The position numbers and the translations under genes are program-made. DNA of 64,000 bases from Octopus vulgaris (taxonomy: Eukaryota): the NCBI GenBank assembly GCA_951406725.2, contig OX597840.1, positions 26,164,001-26,228,000 on the forward strand, given 5' to 3'. Below are positions 46,739-60,426 of this stretch, one piece after another. The notes under the pieces are model-generated. The model was given only the letters and a program-made list of their open reading frames with translations, had not been told where the DNA came from and searched no databases. The number at the start of each line of letters is the position of its first letter. Within the stretch, counting starts at the first letter, position 1.

Positions 46739-48377
46739 CACAGCAATATTGGTTGTATAACATTCCTTCAGAAGGACAAGTTTGTATCTCATAAAACCCT
46801 CTACACAAGAAAGAAACTATATCAATGTGATATCAATGGTAAGCCTTTCATCTGAAATGATCCATTAACGAATCAAAAGAGCATTGACAGAGGAAGGAGA
46901 ACATATCACTGTGATAGCAGTGCTTAATCATTCTATGAAAATGAAGAATTATACACAGTCATATTAATATGAAAGATAAAACCATACCCTAAGACATTTG
47001 TGCTAAGTCAATCTATGAAAATGATCAATTATTAAAACATAAGTACATTCATACAGAAGAGGAACCATATCACTACAAAGATGATAATCATCATCATTTA
47101 AAATTCGCTTTTCCATGCTCCAATGGATCAGATGGAATTCATTGATGGAGATTTTCCTGGGCTGGGTACCCTTTCTTGTCACCAATCTTCACCTGTTTCC
47201 AAGCAAGGAAATATTTTCCCTGGTGAGACATATTTTACGCAGAGGACTGGAAATGAACAACTGCACAAGTATGACGGTCATGATGGCCATTTACGGACAT
47301 CACATAATGTCTGTACAAGGATACACTCACTTGTGCATACACACACACACGTGTATATATGTATGTATGAAGAATTTCTTATAGGAGATATTTTACATGT
47401 TTTCTCTTTGTCTAAAAGTTTGTAATTCCTATTAGGTAATGAAACACATGTAATGCTGAATAAATACTATCAAACTGTTTTCCAGTCTTCTTATGTGATA
47501 TGTAATTACTCTGCGAAAAATATTATCCAAACCTCAGACAAAAATAATATTTATGTACATATATAATAACCAGCTTGTTTGTACAGCTGTTATGCTTTCA
47601 TTAGATTAGTGGAATAAATGAGGGGTGGGGACAGAAGTGGAGAAAAGGGAGGGAGAAATAAAGTAAGGTGATCTTATAATAATTCTGTTACTTAGCTCGT
47701 CGGTAACACTTTCATGTTATTAGAGAAAAGGGGGTAGAGAGAGAAAAGATGATAAGACAAAGAGTGAGACAAATAGAGAAAGAAAAAAAAAGGAGAAACA
47801 AAAAGACTAGGAAAGAAGCAAGCATGACATGTGATGGGGGGAATGTAATAGTTATTTTATGGTTAAAAAAGCTAGCTGAAGGTTGTGATATAGAGAAGAG
47901 TTAGAAATATAATCTTAGCAGATGGTGAGATTAAAGAAAGGCAGAGAGAGAGATGATGGTGGTGGTGTGTTGATAGGGAAAAGGAATTTCTTTTTTTTAT
48001 AGAGACCATCACTCAACACTTGCACTTCTGTGCAATTATTTATCGCCTTCTCACTTAAGAGATTGATATTTGTTTCTAAGGATTAATTTAGCCTAAACTA
48101 TGGATTCACAAGAGACACAGTTGCAAGCTGCATGAGAAAAGATGCCCAGATCTAGAGCATGGAACACTAAGAAGATATAATAAAAAAGAGGAAAAAGATG
48201 GCACCGATGGTGTTGTGAGGAATTGGATGTAGACAGATGCCAAGTATATTCAAAGAAAGTTAAAACTATGAATGCTATAAAAATGCAAATCATCCTCTCT
48301 TTCTTAAATAGGTCCTCTTAATTTTTTTCATTCTGTAGAATTTACATGGGTCCCACTAGTAATTAATAATAAACTAA

Positions 48378-48590
48378 GGTGGCGAACTGGCAGGGTCGTT
48401 AGCACATTGGGGAAAATGCTTAGCTGTGGTTCTTCTGACATGACATTTGCATTTAAATTCTGCCAAGGTGGACTTTGTCTTTTGTCCTTTTGGCGGTTGG
48501 TGGAAATAAGCAACGGTTGAGCACTGGAATCGACATATTCAACTTAACATACACACCCGTGGAATTGCTGGCCTTGTGCCAAAATTTGAA
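48378..48590 (+). mobile_element. Old SINE of a second family (duplicate of 15903-16113)
   Basis: Near-identical inverted copy. Confidence 0.55.
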
Positions 48591-50444
48591 AACAGTACGA
48601 ACTTTGATGTCAACTTCTTGCTCTTGCCTGTGATAATGCCAGAAGCACGTTGGCTTGCTTCAGTAGGTTCTGTTGAACCTTGGTGTGTGGCCAACTGAGG
48701 AATTCTATCAAAGCCTTTCTCCAGGCCAACAAGTGCCAAGTATAATGGTTTATTCACAACTAAATACTTGTCTTGCAGTTGTAAGTAGGCAGACCTCTAC
48801 ACACACACACACACATATATTACATTAAAAATGAACTTCAATCTTGCTTCCAATGTTACATAGCCAAAATGGCACATAATAGGGAAAATACTAAGAATTA
48901 AGACTTTCCTGAAATGTGAATACAAACGGAATAAAACAAGTTTCGCATGAATTGGACAACTGGTTCTTGAGATATTAGGAGTTTTGGTGGGTATAAATAC
49001 CCAAAACAGTGCATATTGGGAAAATACACCAAAAATAACTTAACACTAAAAAGGAAGAATTTCTAGCCTTTCGGTTAGACACATTATGACTAACTTGCCA
49101 ACAAAAAAAGTTGTTTTTACAGGAAATGTTTCTATTTTTGCTTTTTGTATTTATATTTTAGCTTTCTTTAAACAGACAATTTTATTAATTTTTTTATTAT
49201 TTTCAATTGAATACCATTACGAAAATTGTTTTGGCATATTTTAAAATATTTTAAAGTGAAGATGGCTTTAGAAATACCGTAAATATTTCGTAAAAGACCT
49301 GTTCATAACCTCACTGTGAAATAAATTCTTTCCATAGGTTTTTTTCAAGTGCATTCAATGTATCTCATCTCCAAAGACTTGGTTGCTATTTCTAGCATGC
49401 CCTGTTACCATACAACAGGTATTTACGATAAAGGACTCAAAATAGCTGTTACGTGGTAGCAGGGCATGCAAGAAATAGTGGCCGAATCTTTCTTTTTCTA
49501 AGGAAAGGAGCCGTTTACGTATAATTTCAATGTCATACATTGAAAGCATGTAAAAAACCCAGAAAAAAAAACAAAACAAAACTCTGTTGGTGGGGAAACT
49601 CCAAGGTCCCCCACCACCCCTCCCCCTTTCTTTTCTGGAAGAATCTGGCGGGTGGTGGGTTTGGACTGAGCATCGTTGAATGCACTCAAAAAAATGTGTG
49701 GAAAAAATTATTTCACACCAAAGTACAAACGGGTCCTTTATGAAAAAGAAAGGACGGGTCATTCGAAGCTTTCTGTCCCCTGTAAAGAACCAGATCATCC
49801 TTGCAATTTCAGCTGATTAATCTTGAGATTGCTCCAATCTTACCAGCCCCAAGGAAAAAGTAAGCTAAGAGCATCAGATTCCTTGGAAGAAAGCATGGAA
49901 TTTATACGAAAATAAAGACGGCAAAACAGACGATGTTACACAAATATAAATACAAAATACAATAAAAATATTAATAATAATAACAGGACATAACAACAGG
50001 TGTCTTTCGACTGGGGATGAATTGAATTTAGCTGGTGTGTGTGGAAATGAAGCCTTACGGCAGAGATACAGAGCTTTCACAAACACAGGGAAGAATATCG
50101 ATGTTGCACTGACCGTGGTCAGACGCAAAAAGAGGGTTAGCTGTCTGGCCTATCGGTCACGTGGGAAGAGAAGAGAGAGAAAAAGAGGAACAAAAGAATT
50201 AAGGAGGGGAAAGAGAAGAGAGAGAGGTAGGTTTGTTCGACTACAAGCGGTGCTCCAGCATGGCCGCAGTCGAATGACTGAAACAAAAGTAAAAGTACCC
50301 TATGAATTACCGTGTGAAGAATACAGATTCACAAATATCTGACAACACGTGTTGCCATGCACAAAATGATAGCTTCCAAACCCTGTTTTGTGAATGAGTA
50401 AACATAATCGAACTTTAAGCCATTGTAACTTAAAAACAACTTTT

Positions 50445-50854
50445 GGATCTTATCGGTTTGAACAGCAGTTTTTTCTAGCGGTGTCATATGAAATTATCAC
50501 CCATAATTATGACCCTAGTATCGATCTATTGCATTTCAATGTGTTTTAGGGTTGGGGTTAGGGGAAAGGGTATCTTTTTTCTTCACAAATGTAAATAAAC
50601 CCAATCTGTTTCTTAAACGAGGAACATATTCATACGGTACAGAATATTTTCACCTCAATAGACGTCATTGATTGGTTGAAATTGCAGAAATTGAAGGAAA
50701 AAAACAACAAATGTCTTACAAACTATAGAATTTTCTCAATAAAGCCAAAAGAAAAAGATGTTTTATAAACACATTCTTCCAGTATAGGAAGTTTAAAAGT
50801 GTTTGGTTACCTAGAAATTATTTTAAAAAACTGCCGTTCAAACCAAAATGATCG
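50445..50854. mobile_element. MITE family 1 copy (paralogue of 13669-14078)
   Basis: Same TIRs; flanks caactttt / caactttc. Confidence 0.8.
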
Positions 50855-51046
50855 CAACTTTCTGTGGAAGAAGCAAATTAACTGATGAAATTCTGCATGG
50901 AAAATTATATGAATCCCTCAAATATTAAAATTATCAGATCTTTTTGGTTTGAATGGCTGTTTTTTAACATAATTTCTAGGTAACTAAAAAATGTTAAACT
51001 TCGTATACTGGTAGAATGTGTTTATAAAACATCATTTTCTCTTTCT

Positions 51047-51310
51047 ACATGGATCCACCTTACTCACCAACACTTCTCCTTCCACCCCACTCACTATCAC
51101 CTTTTGTTTTCCCAAGGTTTACCTTCAAACCCTTCCTTTCAAATGCCTCCTTCCATTTCCAAAACTTCTCTCTCATCAGAACAAGGTCATCTGCATACAG
51201 TATCTCTATTTACAGTCTCTTTCTTGCATTCTCCTTCTCCACTTCAACCACTAATGCAAACAACAATGGTGATAACACAGATCCCTGATGCACACCGACT
51301 TTAACCACAA
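51047..51310 (-). mobile_element. Non-LTR RT fragment (paralogous copy)
   Basis: Reverse complement of 13212-13476. Confidence 0.8.
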
Positions 51311-51330
51311 ACAAGCTGGTTACTATATAT

Positions 51331-51716
51331 GGTGGAAGCACTCCGTCGGTTACGACGACGAGTGTTCCGGTTGATCCGAATCAACGGAACAGCCTGCTCG
51401 TGAAATTAACGTGTAAGTGGCTGAGCACTCCACAGACACATGTAACCCTTAACGTAGTTCTCGGGGATATTCAGCGTGACACAGAGAGTGACAAGGCCGG
51501 CCCTTTGAAATACAGGTACAACAGAAACAGGAAGTAAGAGTGAGAGAAAGTTGTGTTGAGAGAGTACAGCAGGGATCACCACCATCCCCTGCCAGAGCCT
51601 CGTGGAGCTTTAGGTGTTTTCGCTCAATAAACACTCACAACGCCCGGTCTGGGAATCGAAACCGCGATCCTACGACTGCGAGTCCGCTGCCATAACCACT
51701 GGGCCATTGCGCCTCC
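51331..51716 (-). mobile_element. Young, apparently full-length tRNA-derived SINE with 13-bp TSD
   Basis: Head ggaggcgcaatggcccagtggtta..ggtttcgattccc; TSD GGTTACTATATAT at 51318-51330 and 51717-51729; empty sites at about 13195 and 26715. Confidence 0.9.
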
Positions 51717-51776
51717 GGTTACTATATATATATATATACTGTAAATCTGCGCCTCCGGTTACTATATATATATATA

Positions 51777-52169
51777 CTGTAAATCCTCGGTCCACACTTG
51801 AGTATAACACCTAAACCTTGTATATAATACACATCCCTTCTCTAACTTGAGTCGTGCATAATTAAGCCAGCAGCACCTAGTCAAACAAACACTTCCACGC
51901 ATGCGTAATACAATAATGGTGATGTTCTTAACTGTTATATGGGAATGTAAATAGGTTTGCAAATTGTTTTGTTACATGTTATTCTGTGTTCTGAATACTT
52001 TTATTTTAATAAATGTTGCGTCTGAATAAACTTTGCCTGACAGCAAAATAGAGACTCGGACATTGCTTAGAAAATATTTTTCAATTTCAACCTCGTATAT
52101 AGTACGCACAAGGGATTTTGACCGATAAATTTTGGGAAAGAAATGCGGATTATACTCAAGGATTTACGG
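51777..52169. mobile_element. MITE family 2 copy
   Basis: Same interior; right TIR intact, left TIR altered (ctgtaaatcctcgg). Confidence 0.7.
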
Positions 52170-53022
52170 TATACATATATATTATTTTTGTGGGCAGTCT
52201 GGATGATATTTTTTACAGAGTAATTACAAAACACATAAGGACAGTGGAGAAAAGTTTGATATTATTTATTCAGCATTACATGTGTTTCATTTCCTAATAG
52301 GAATTACAAACATTTAGATGTGTAGAGAACATATAAGATATTTCATATAAGAAAGTCTTCAGACATACATAAGTGTGTGTGTGTGAACCCTTGTCCAGAT
52401 ATTATGTGGTGTCCGTAAATGGCCATCATGACTGTCATACTTGTGCAGTTGTTCATTTCCAGTCTTGTGTGCAAAATATGTCTCACCAGGGAAAATATTT
52501 CCTTGCTTGGAAACAGGGAAGGTATCAATGAATTCAATCCGATCCATAGAAGAATGTAAAAGTGAATGTTAAATGATGAGGATCATCATCATCGTAGTGA
52601 TATGGTTCCTCTTCTGTTTGAATTCATTTATGTTATAATTGATCACTATCAGATATCTTAGGGTATGGCATATCCTTCATATTAACAGGACTGTGTATAA
52701 TTAATTCACCATTTTGAAAGAATGATTCAGGTTTAACATCACAGTGATATGTTTTCCTTCCTCTGTCAATGCTCATTTGATTCAATAATGGATGATTTCA
52801 TGTCAAAGATTTACCATAGATGTCACATTCATATAGTTTCTATATTCTGTGGATGTCTTTATGAGATACGTCCTTTGTCCTTTTGAGGAAATGTTATACA
52901 ACAAATATCACTGTGTTATGGACCCACTTCATAAGGAAAGACTTCTGTTTAAATCAGAAATGATTTGCCACAGATATCACTGTGAATTTATTTTTCTTGA
53001 GTGTGAAATCATTTGTGTATAG

Positions 53023-54693
<1,671 letters not shown>

Positions 54694-55439
54694 CTCTTCA
54701 AGAATAATAAAATCGATCTTTCAAGTTGTACAGATCAACAACTTTTCAATACTAATTCTCCTCTCACCAAAATATATGGATATTTTTCTTCTTTTTGCTT
54801 TTATAGTTTATTCCAAACAAATATCACTTCTTTTATATTTCTTCTAAATGAGATCATTGCCAATATTTAAAAATGTTGCAAATACTCTTTGTAAATCCAT
54901 CAAAGTATATTTAAAAGAGAAAATTATCTCTTGCACATTTCAGAAGTAAAGAAATGTTTTCTCTCTCAGAGGAAATATTTTACTGTAATTCAGCAATGTT
55001 TTATAGAAGCAGGATTATACGTTTATAGAATATCTTTGCAGAGTCTTTCAAACATGATACATATTGATGATTCTTTAAAAGTAAAAAATACTTTTTAGCC
55101 AATTTCATGTGATTTTCTGAAAGAATAGAAAATATAATATAAGACATCAAGTATGTTTAAAAGGCAGATATTCAAAAGTGCAAATTTATGACATTTCTGT
55201 TTTCATAAATTGTAGAAGCAATCCTTTATCTGAACTACTAAACTTATCCCATCTCTCTATTTTCAAGAAGTTTATATCAGGGAGTAGACAAGTATTATAA
55301 TAACATCTCCTGGACATTAAGTCTGTCCTAGACACACACACATACCAATATACATGTCAATGACACTAGATATCTAATGTTTTCATCTGAAGGGGGTTTT
55401 CTCCAGTGTCTGAGTATGCTTGGGTCTAGTTAGGCAAAT

Positions 55440-55595
55440 ACTAACAGAGAATGATTCACCACTGATATCACAGTGATATGGCTTCTCCCCTCCATGAACT
55501 CTTGTGTGAGTAGTGAAGTTACCTCTTTGATAGAATTACTTGCCACAGATATTACAGTGATCTGGTTTCTCCTCTAAATTAATACGTTTGCGTTG
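55440..55595 (-). pseudogene. Old decayed relic of about 2 zinc fingers (duplicate of 40735-40890)
   Basis: Near-identical to 40735-40890. Confidence 0.65.
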
Positions 55596-57294
55596 CGTTA
55601 AGCTGATGCCACTGTAGCAGATTCCAAACTACCTTTCATTTGCACTCTTTCAGTTGGTGAAGCTAAATCGCCTTTATATCAAACACTTTCTCCTCTGAAA
55701 AGGTAAAATTGTTTTTCTTAACCGAAAGGGTTTCTCCGCTGTTTTTTGAGTGCCAGAATTAGTCTGGAGAAAAGAAGGGCCAAAATCGGTCTAGAGTGTG
55801 TTTGTGGAGGCGAGTTTGTTGAAAAGAGTGAACTAACTCAAAGGTAACCCATGCTGTATGCAGTCACTTTGCATGCTAGAAATAGCAGGGATTTATTATG
55901 TTTTTAAACGACATAATGACTTAATTAAGATAATGTTTCCTCTTAATTCGGTTTTGTATTTCCTAATTATAAAAATGTGGAACCAAACTTAAAACCATTC
56001 TCAGTGACTTTTTGATTATTATTATTATTATAATTTCTATATATTTTAATGGACATAAAAATGTTTATAATGCTTCAAGCATGGAAAATTAAATTATTGC
56101 TGACTGATTTGAGTAAACTAAATTTCACAAGACGATAGTTTTTAAACAATGGAGATCAGCCTTCATTTTATATGTCGAGTTGATATTTTTTTAATATATT
56201 TACAACTAAGTTTCGAGTAAAAGATTATATAAACGGATTTTTATATTTGTTTTTGGTGAAATTAGGTACTTTCTGGTGTTTCAATTCAAAGCCCTTTCAT
56301 TTCGTCTGTATACCATATTGCCTTTTCGTTTCAGTAATTCAAGTGCACAATCGTACTTTTATACATTCCCCATCTTTTCTTACAAATAACAGCCTTACTT
56401 TCATATAATTTCTTCTTTGTTTGGTTAGATTCTTTCTTTTGACTTATTCAACACAAGGAAACAAACAGATGTACGTAATATGATACTTAATACAATAGAA
56501 ATGTCTTTATAATACTTACATAGTAATTGATATAAAGAGAGAGTCAACGAGTCAGAGCATTACATGTGTTTCATTTCCTAATAGGAATCACAAACATTTA
56601 CACGTAGAGAAAACATTTAAGATATTTCCTATAAGAAATTCTTCAGACATACACATGTATCTGTGCGTGTTCCTTTGCCTAGATATTATGTGATGTTCGT
56701 AAAGGGCCATCATGACCATCATACTTGTGCAGTTGTTCACTTCTAGCCTTCTGCATAAAATATGTCTCACCATATTTTATGGAAAATATTTCCTTGCTTG
56801 GAAACATGTGAAGATTGGTCACAAGAAAGGTACCCAGATGTAGAAAATCTCCATCAATGAATTCCATCCGATCCACAGAAGCAAGAATAGGAGAATGTTA
56901 AATGATGAGGATCATCATCATCGTGGTTCCTCTTCTGTATGAATGCATTTACATTTCAATAATTGATCCATTTTCATAGATTGATTTAGCACGAATAGCT
57001 TAGGTTACAGTTATATCTTTCATATTAATAGGACTGTGTACAAACAATTCACCATTTTGATAGAATGATTCAGGTTTAACATCAAAGTGATATGTTTTCC
57101 TTCCTCTGTCAATGCTCTTTTGATTCAATGATGGATGATTTCATGTCAAAGATTTACCATAGATGTCACATTCATATAGTTTCTATATTCTGTGGATGTC
57201 TTTATAAGATACGTCCTTTGTCCTTTTGAGGAAATGTTATACAACAAATATCACTGTGTTATGGACCCACTTCATAAGGAAAGACTTCTGTTTA

Positions 57295-57420
<126 letters not shown>

Positions 57421-60400
57421 CTACCCTGTATGAATACGGTTGTGGTGAATGAAGCCACTGTTCTGAGAGAATGATTTACCACAGATATCACAGTGATATG
57501 GTTTCTCCCCTGTATGGATACGTGTGTGTTCAGTTAAGCCACTGTTTTGAGAGAATGATTTACCACAGATATCACAGTGATATGACTTCTCCCCTGTATG
57601 GATACGTTTGTGTCTAGCTAAGTTACTGTCACTAGATAATGATTTACCACAGATGTCACAGCGATATGGTTCCTCACCTGTGTGAATACGTTTGTGAGTA
57701 GTTAAGTTACCTTCTTGAGTGAATGATTTACCACAGATATCACAGCAATATGGTTCCTCACCTGTATGAATACGCTTGTGTTTGGTTAAGCTACTGCTAA
57801 CAGAGAATGATTTACCACAGATATCACAGTGGTATGGTTTCTCACCTGTATGAATACGTTTGTGAGTAGTTAAGTTACCTTCTTGAGTGAATGATTTACC
57901 ACAGATATCACAGCAATATGGTTCCTCACCTGTGTGAATATGTTTATGTGCAGTCAAGTTACTGCCAGCAGAGAATGATTTACCACAGATATCACAGTGG
58001 TATGGTTTCTCACCGGTATGAATACGTGTATGTTGAGTTAAGTGATTGCTAACAGTGAATGATTTACCACAGATATTACAGTGATATGGTTTCTCTCCTG
58101 TATGAATACGTTTATGTGCAGTCAAGTTACTGCCAACAGAGAATGATTTACCACAGATATCACAGTGGTATGGTTTCTCACCGGTATGAATACACTTGTG
58201 TTTAGTTAAGCTGCTGTTTTCAGAGAAAGATTTGCCACAGATATCACAGCGATATGGTTTCTCACCTGTATGAATACGCTTGTGTTTGGTTAAGTTACTG
58301 CTAACAGAGAATGATTTACCACAGATATCACAGTGGTCTGGTTTCTCCCCTGTATGAATACGTGTATGTTGAGTTAAGCTACTGCTAACAGAGAATGATT
58401 TACCACAGATATTACAGTGATATGGTTTCTCTCCTGTATGAATACGTTTATGTGCAATCAAGTTACTGCCAACAAAGAATGATTTACCACAGATATCACA
58501 GTGGTATGGTTTCTCACCTGTATGAATACGCTTGTGTTTAGTTAAACTGCCGTTTTCAGAGAAAGATTTGCCACAGATATCACAGCGATATGGTTTCTCC
58601 CCTGCATGAATACGCTTGTGTGTGGTTAAGCTAATGTTAACAGAGAAAGATTTGCCACAGATATCACAGGGATATGGTTTCTCACCTGTATGAATACGCT
58701 TGTGTTTGGTTAAGCTACTGCTAACAGAGAATGATTTACCACAGATATCACAGCAATATGGTTCCTCACCTGTGTGAATACGTTTGTGTGCAGTGAAGTT
58801 ACTGCTAACAGAGAATGATTTACCACAGATATCACAGGGATATGGTTTCTCACCTGTATGAACACGTTTGTGTTTAGTTAAGGTATTGCCAGCAGAGAAT
58901 GATTTACCACAGATATCACAGCAATATGGTTCCTCACCTGTGTGAATACGTTTGTGTGCAGTGAAGTTACTGCTAACAGAGAATGATTTACCACAGATAT
59001 CACAGGGATATGGTTTCTCACCTGTATGAACACGTTTGTGTTTAGTTAAGGTATTGCCAGCAGAGAATGATTTACCACAGATATCACAGCAATATGGTTC
59101 CTCACCTGTGTGAATACGTTTGTGTGCAGTGAAGTTACTGCTAACAGAGAATGATTTACCACAGATATCACAGGGATATGGTTTCTCACCTGTATGAACA
59201 CGTTTGTGTTTAGTTAAGGTATTGCCAGCAGAGAATGATTTACCACAGATATCACAGCAATATGGTTCCTCACCTGTGTGAATACGTTTGTGTGCAGTGA
59301 AGTTACTGCTAACAGAGAATGATTTACCACAGATATCACAGGGATATGGTTTCTCACCTGTATGAACACGTTTGTGTTTAGTTAAGGTATTGCCAGCAGA
59401 GAATGATTTACCACAGATATCACAGCAATATGGTTCCTCACCTGTGTGAATACGTTTGTGTGCAGTGAAGTTACTGCTAACAGAGAATGATTTACCACAG
59501 ATATCACAGGGATATGGTTTCTCACCTGTATGAACACGTTTGTGTTTAGTTAAGGTATTGCCAGCAGAGAATGATTTACCACAGATATCACAGCAATATG
59601 GTTCCTCACCTGTGTGAATACGTTTGTGTGCAGTGAAGTTACTGCTAAAAGAGAATGATTTACCACAGATATCACAGGGATATGGTTTCTCACCTGTATG
59701 AACACGTTTGTGTTTAGTTAAGGTATTGCCAGCAGAGAATGATTTACCACAGATATCACAGCAATATGGTTCCTCACCTGTGTGAATACGTTTGTGTGCA
59801 GTGAAGTTACTGCTAACAGAGAATGATTTACCACAGATATCACAGGGATATGGTTTCTCACCTGTATGAACACGTTTGTGTTTAGTTAAGGTATTGCCAG
59901 CAGAGAATGATTTACCACAGATATCACAGCGATATGGTTCCTCACCTGTGTGAATACGTTTATGTGCAGTCAAGGTACGGCCAACAGAGAATGATTCACC
60001 ACAGATACCACAGTGATATGGTCTCTCACCTGTATGAATACGTTTGTGAGTAGTTAAGTTACCTTCTTGAGTGAATGATTTACCACAGATATCACAGCAA
60101 TATGGTTCCTCACCTGTGTGAATACGTTTGTGTGCAGTGAAGTTACTGCCAACAGAGAATGATTTACCACAGATATCACAGCAATATGGTTCCTCACCTG
60201 TGTGAATATGTTTGTGTACAGTCAAGGTACTGCCAACAGAGAATGATTCACCACAGATACCACAGTGGTATGGTTTCTCACCTGTATGAATACGTTTGTG
60301 GTTAGTAAAGCTACTGTGAAGAGAGAATGATTTACCACAGATATCACAGCGATATGGTTCTTGACTTGTATGAATTTCTTGGTGTTTACTGGATTTACGT

Positions 60401-60426
60401 TTTTCTAAAAATGACATTTTGTACAT
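57421..60426 (-). CDS. Tandem C2H2 zinc-finger protein, 1001 aa, 35 fingers (type B start, Y end)
   Basis: 3-kb open ORF of 28-aa repeats ending HHNRIHTG at the linker TAG. Confidence 0.9.
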   Translation of the reverse strand: MYKMSFLEKRKSSKHQEIHTSQEPYRCDICGKSFSLHSSFTNHKRIHTGEKPYHCGICGESFSVGSTLTVHKHIHTGEEPYCCDICGKSFSVGSNFTAHKRIHTGEEPYCCDICGKSFTQEGNLTTHKRIHTGERPYHCGICGESFSVGRTLTAHKRIHTGEEPYRCDICGKSFSAGNTLTKHKRVHTGEKPYPCDICGKSFSVSSNFTAHKRIHTGEEPYCCDICGKSFSAGNTLTKHKRVHTGEKPYPCDICGKSFSFSSNFTAHKRIHTGEEPYCCDICGKSFSAGNTLTKHKRVHTGEKPYPCDICGKSFSVSSNFTAHKRIHTGEEPYCCDICGKSFSAGNTLTKHKRVHTGEKPYPCDICGKSFSVSSNFTAHKRIHTGEEPYCCDICGKSFSAGNTLTKHKRVHTGEKPYPCDICGKSFSVSSNFTAHKRIHTGEEPYCCDICGKSFSAGNTLTKHKRVHTGEKPYPCDICGKSFSVSSNFTAHKRIHTGEEPYCCDICGKSFSAGNTLTKHKRVHTGEKPYPCDICGKSFSVSSNFTAHKRIHTGEEPYCCDICGKSFSVSSSLTKHKRIHTGEKPYPCDICGKSFSVNISLTTHKRIHAGEKPYRCDICGKSFSENGSLTKHKRIHTGEKPYHCDICGKSFFVGSNLIAHKRIHTGEKPYHCNICGKSFSVSSSLTQHTRIHTGEKPDHCDICGKSFSVSSNLTKHKRIHTGEKPYRCDICGKSFSENSSLTKHKCIHTGEKPYHCDICGKSFSVGSNLTAHKRIHTGEKPYHCNICGKSFTVSNHLTQHTRIHTGEKPYHCDICGKSFSAGSNLTAHKHIHTGEEPYCCDICGKSFTQEGNLTTHKRIHTGEKPYHCDICGKSFSVSSSLTKHKRIHTGEEPYCCDICGKSFTQEGNLTTHKRIHTGEEPYRCDICGKSLSSDSNLARHKRIHTGEKSYHCDICGKSFSQNSGLTEHTRIHTGEKPYHCDICGKSFSQNSGFIHHNRIHTG
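58740..59930 (-). repeat. 168-bp two-finger higher-order tandem repeat, 7 copies
   Basis: gtattgccagc recurs at about 58883, 59051, 59219, 59387, 59555, 59723 and 59891, encoding alternating AGNTLTK / VSSNFTA helices. Confidence 0.9.
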
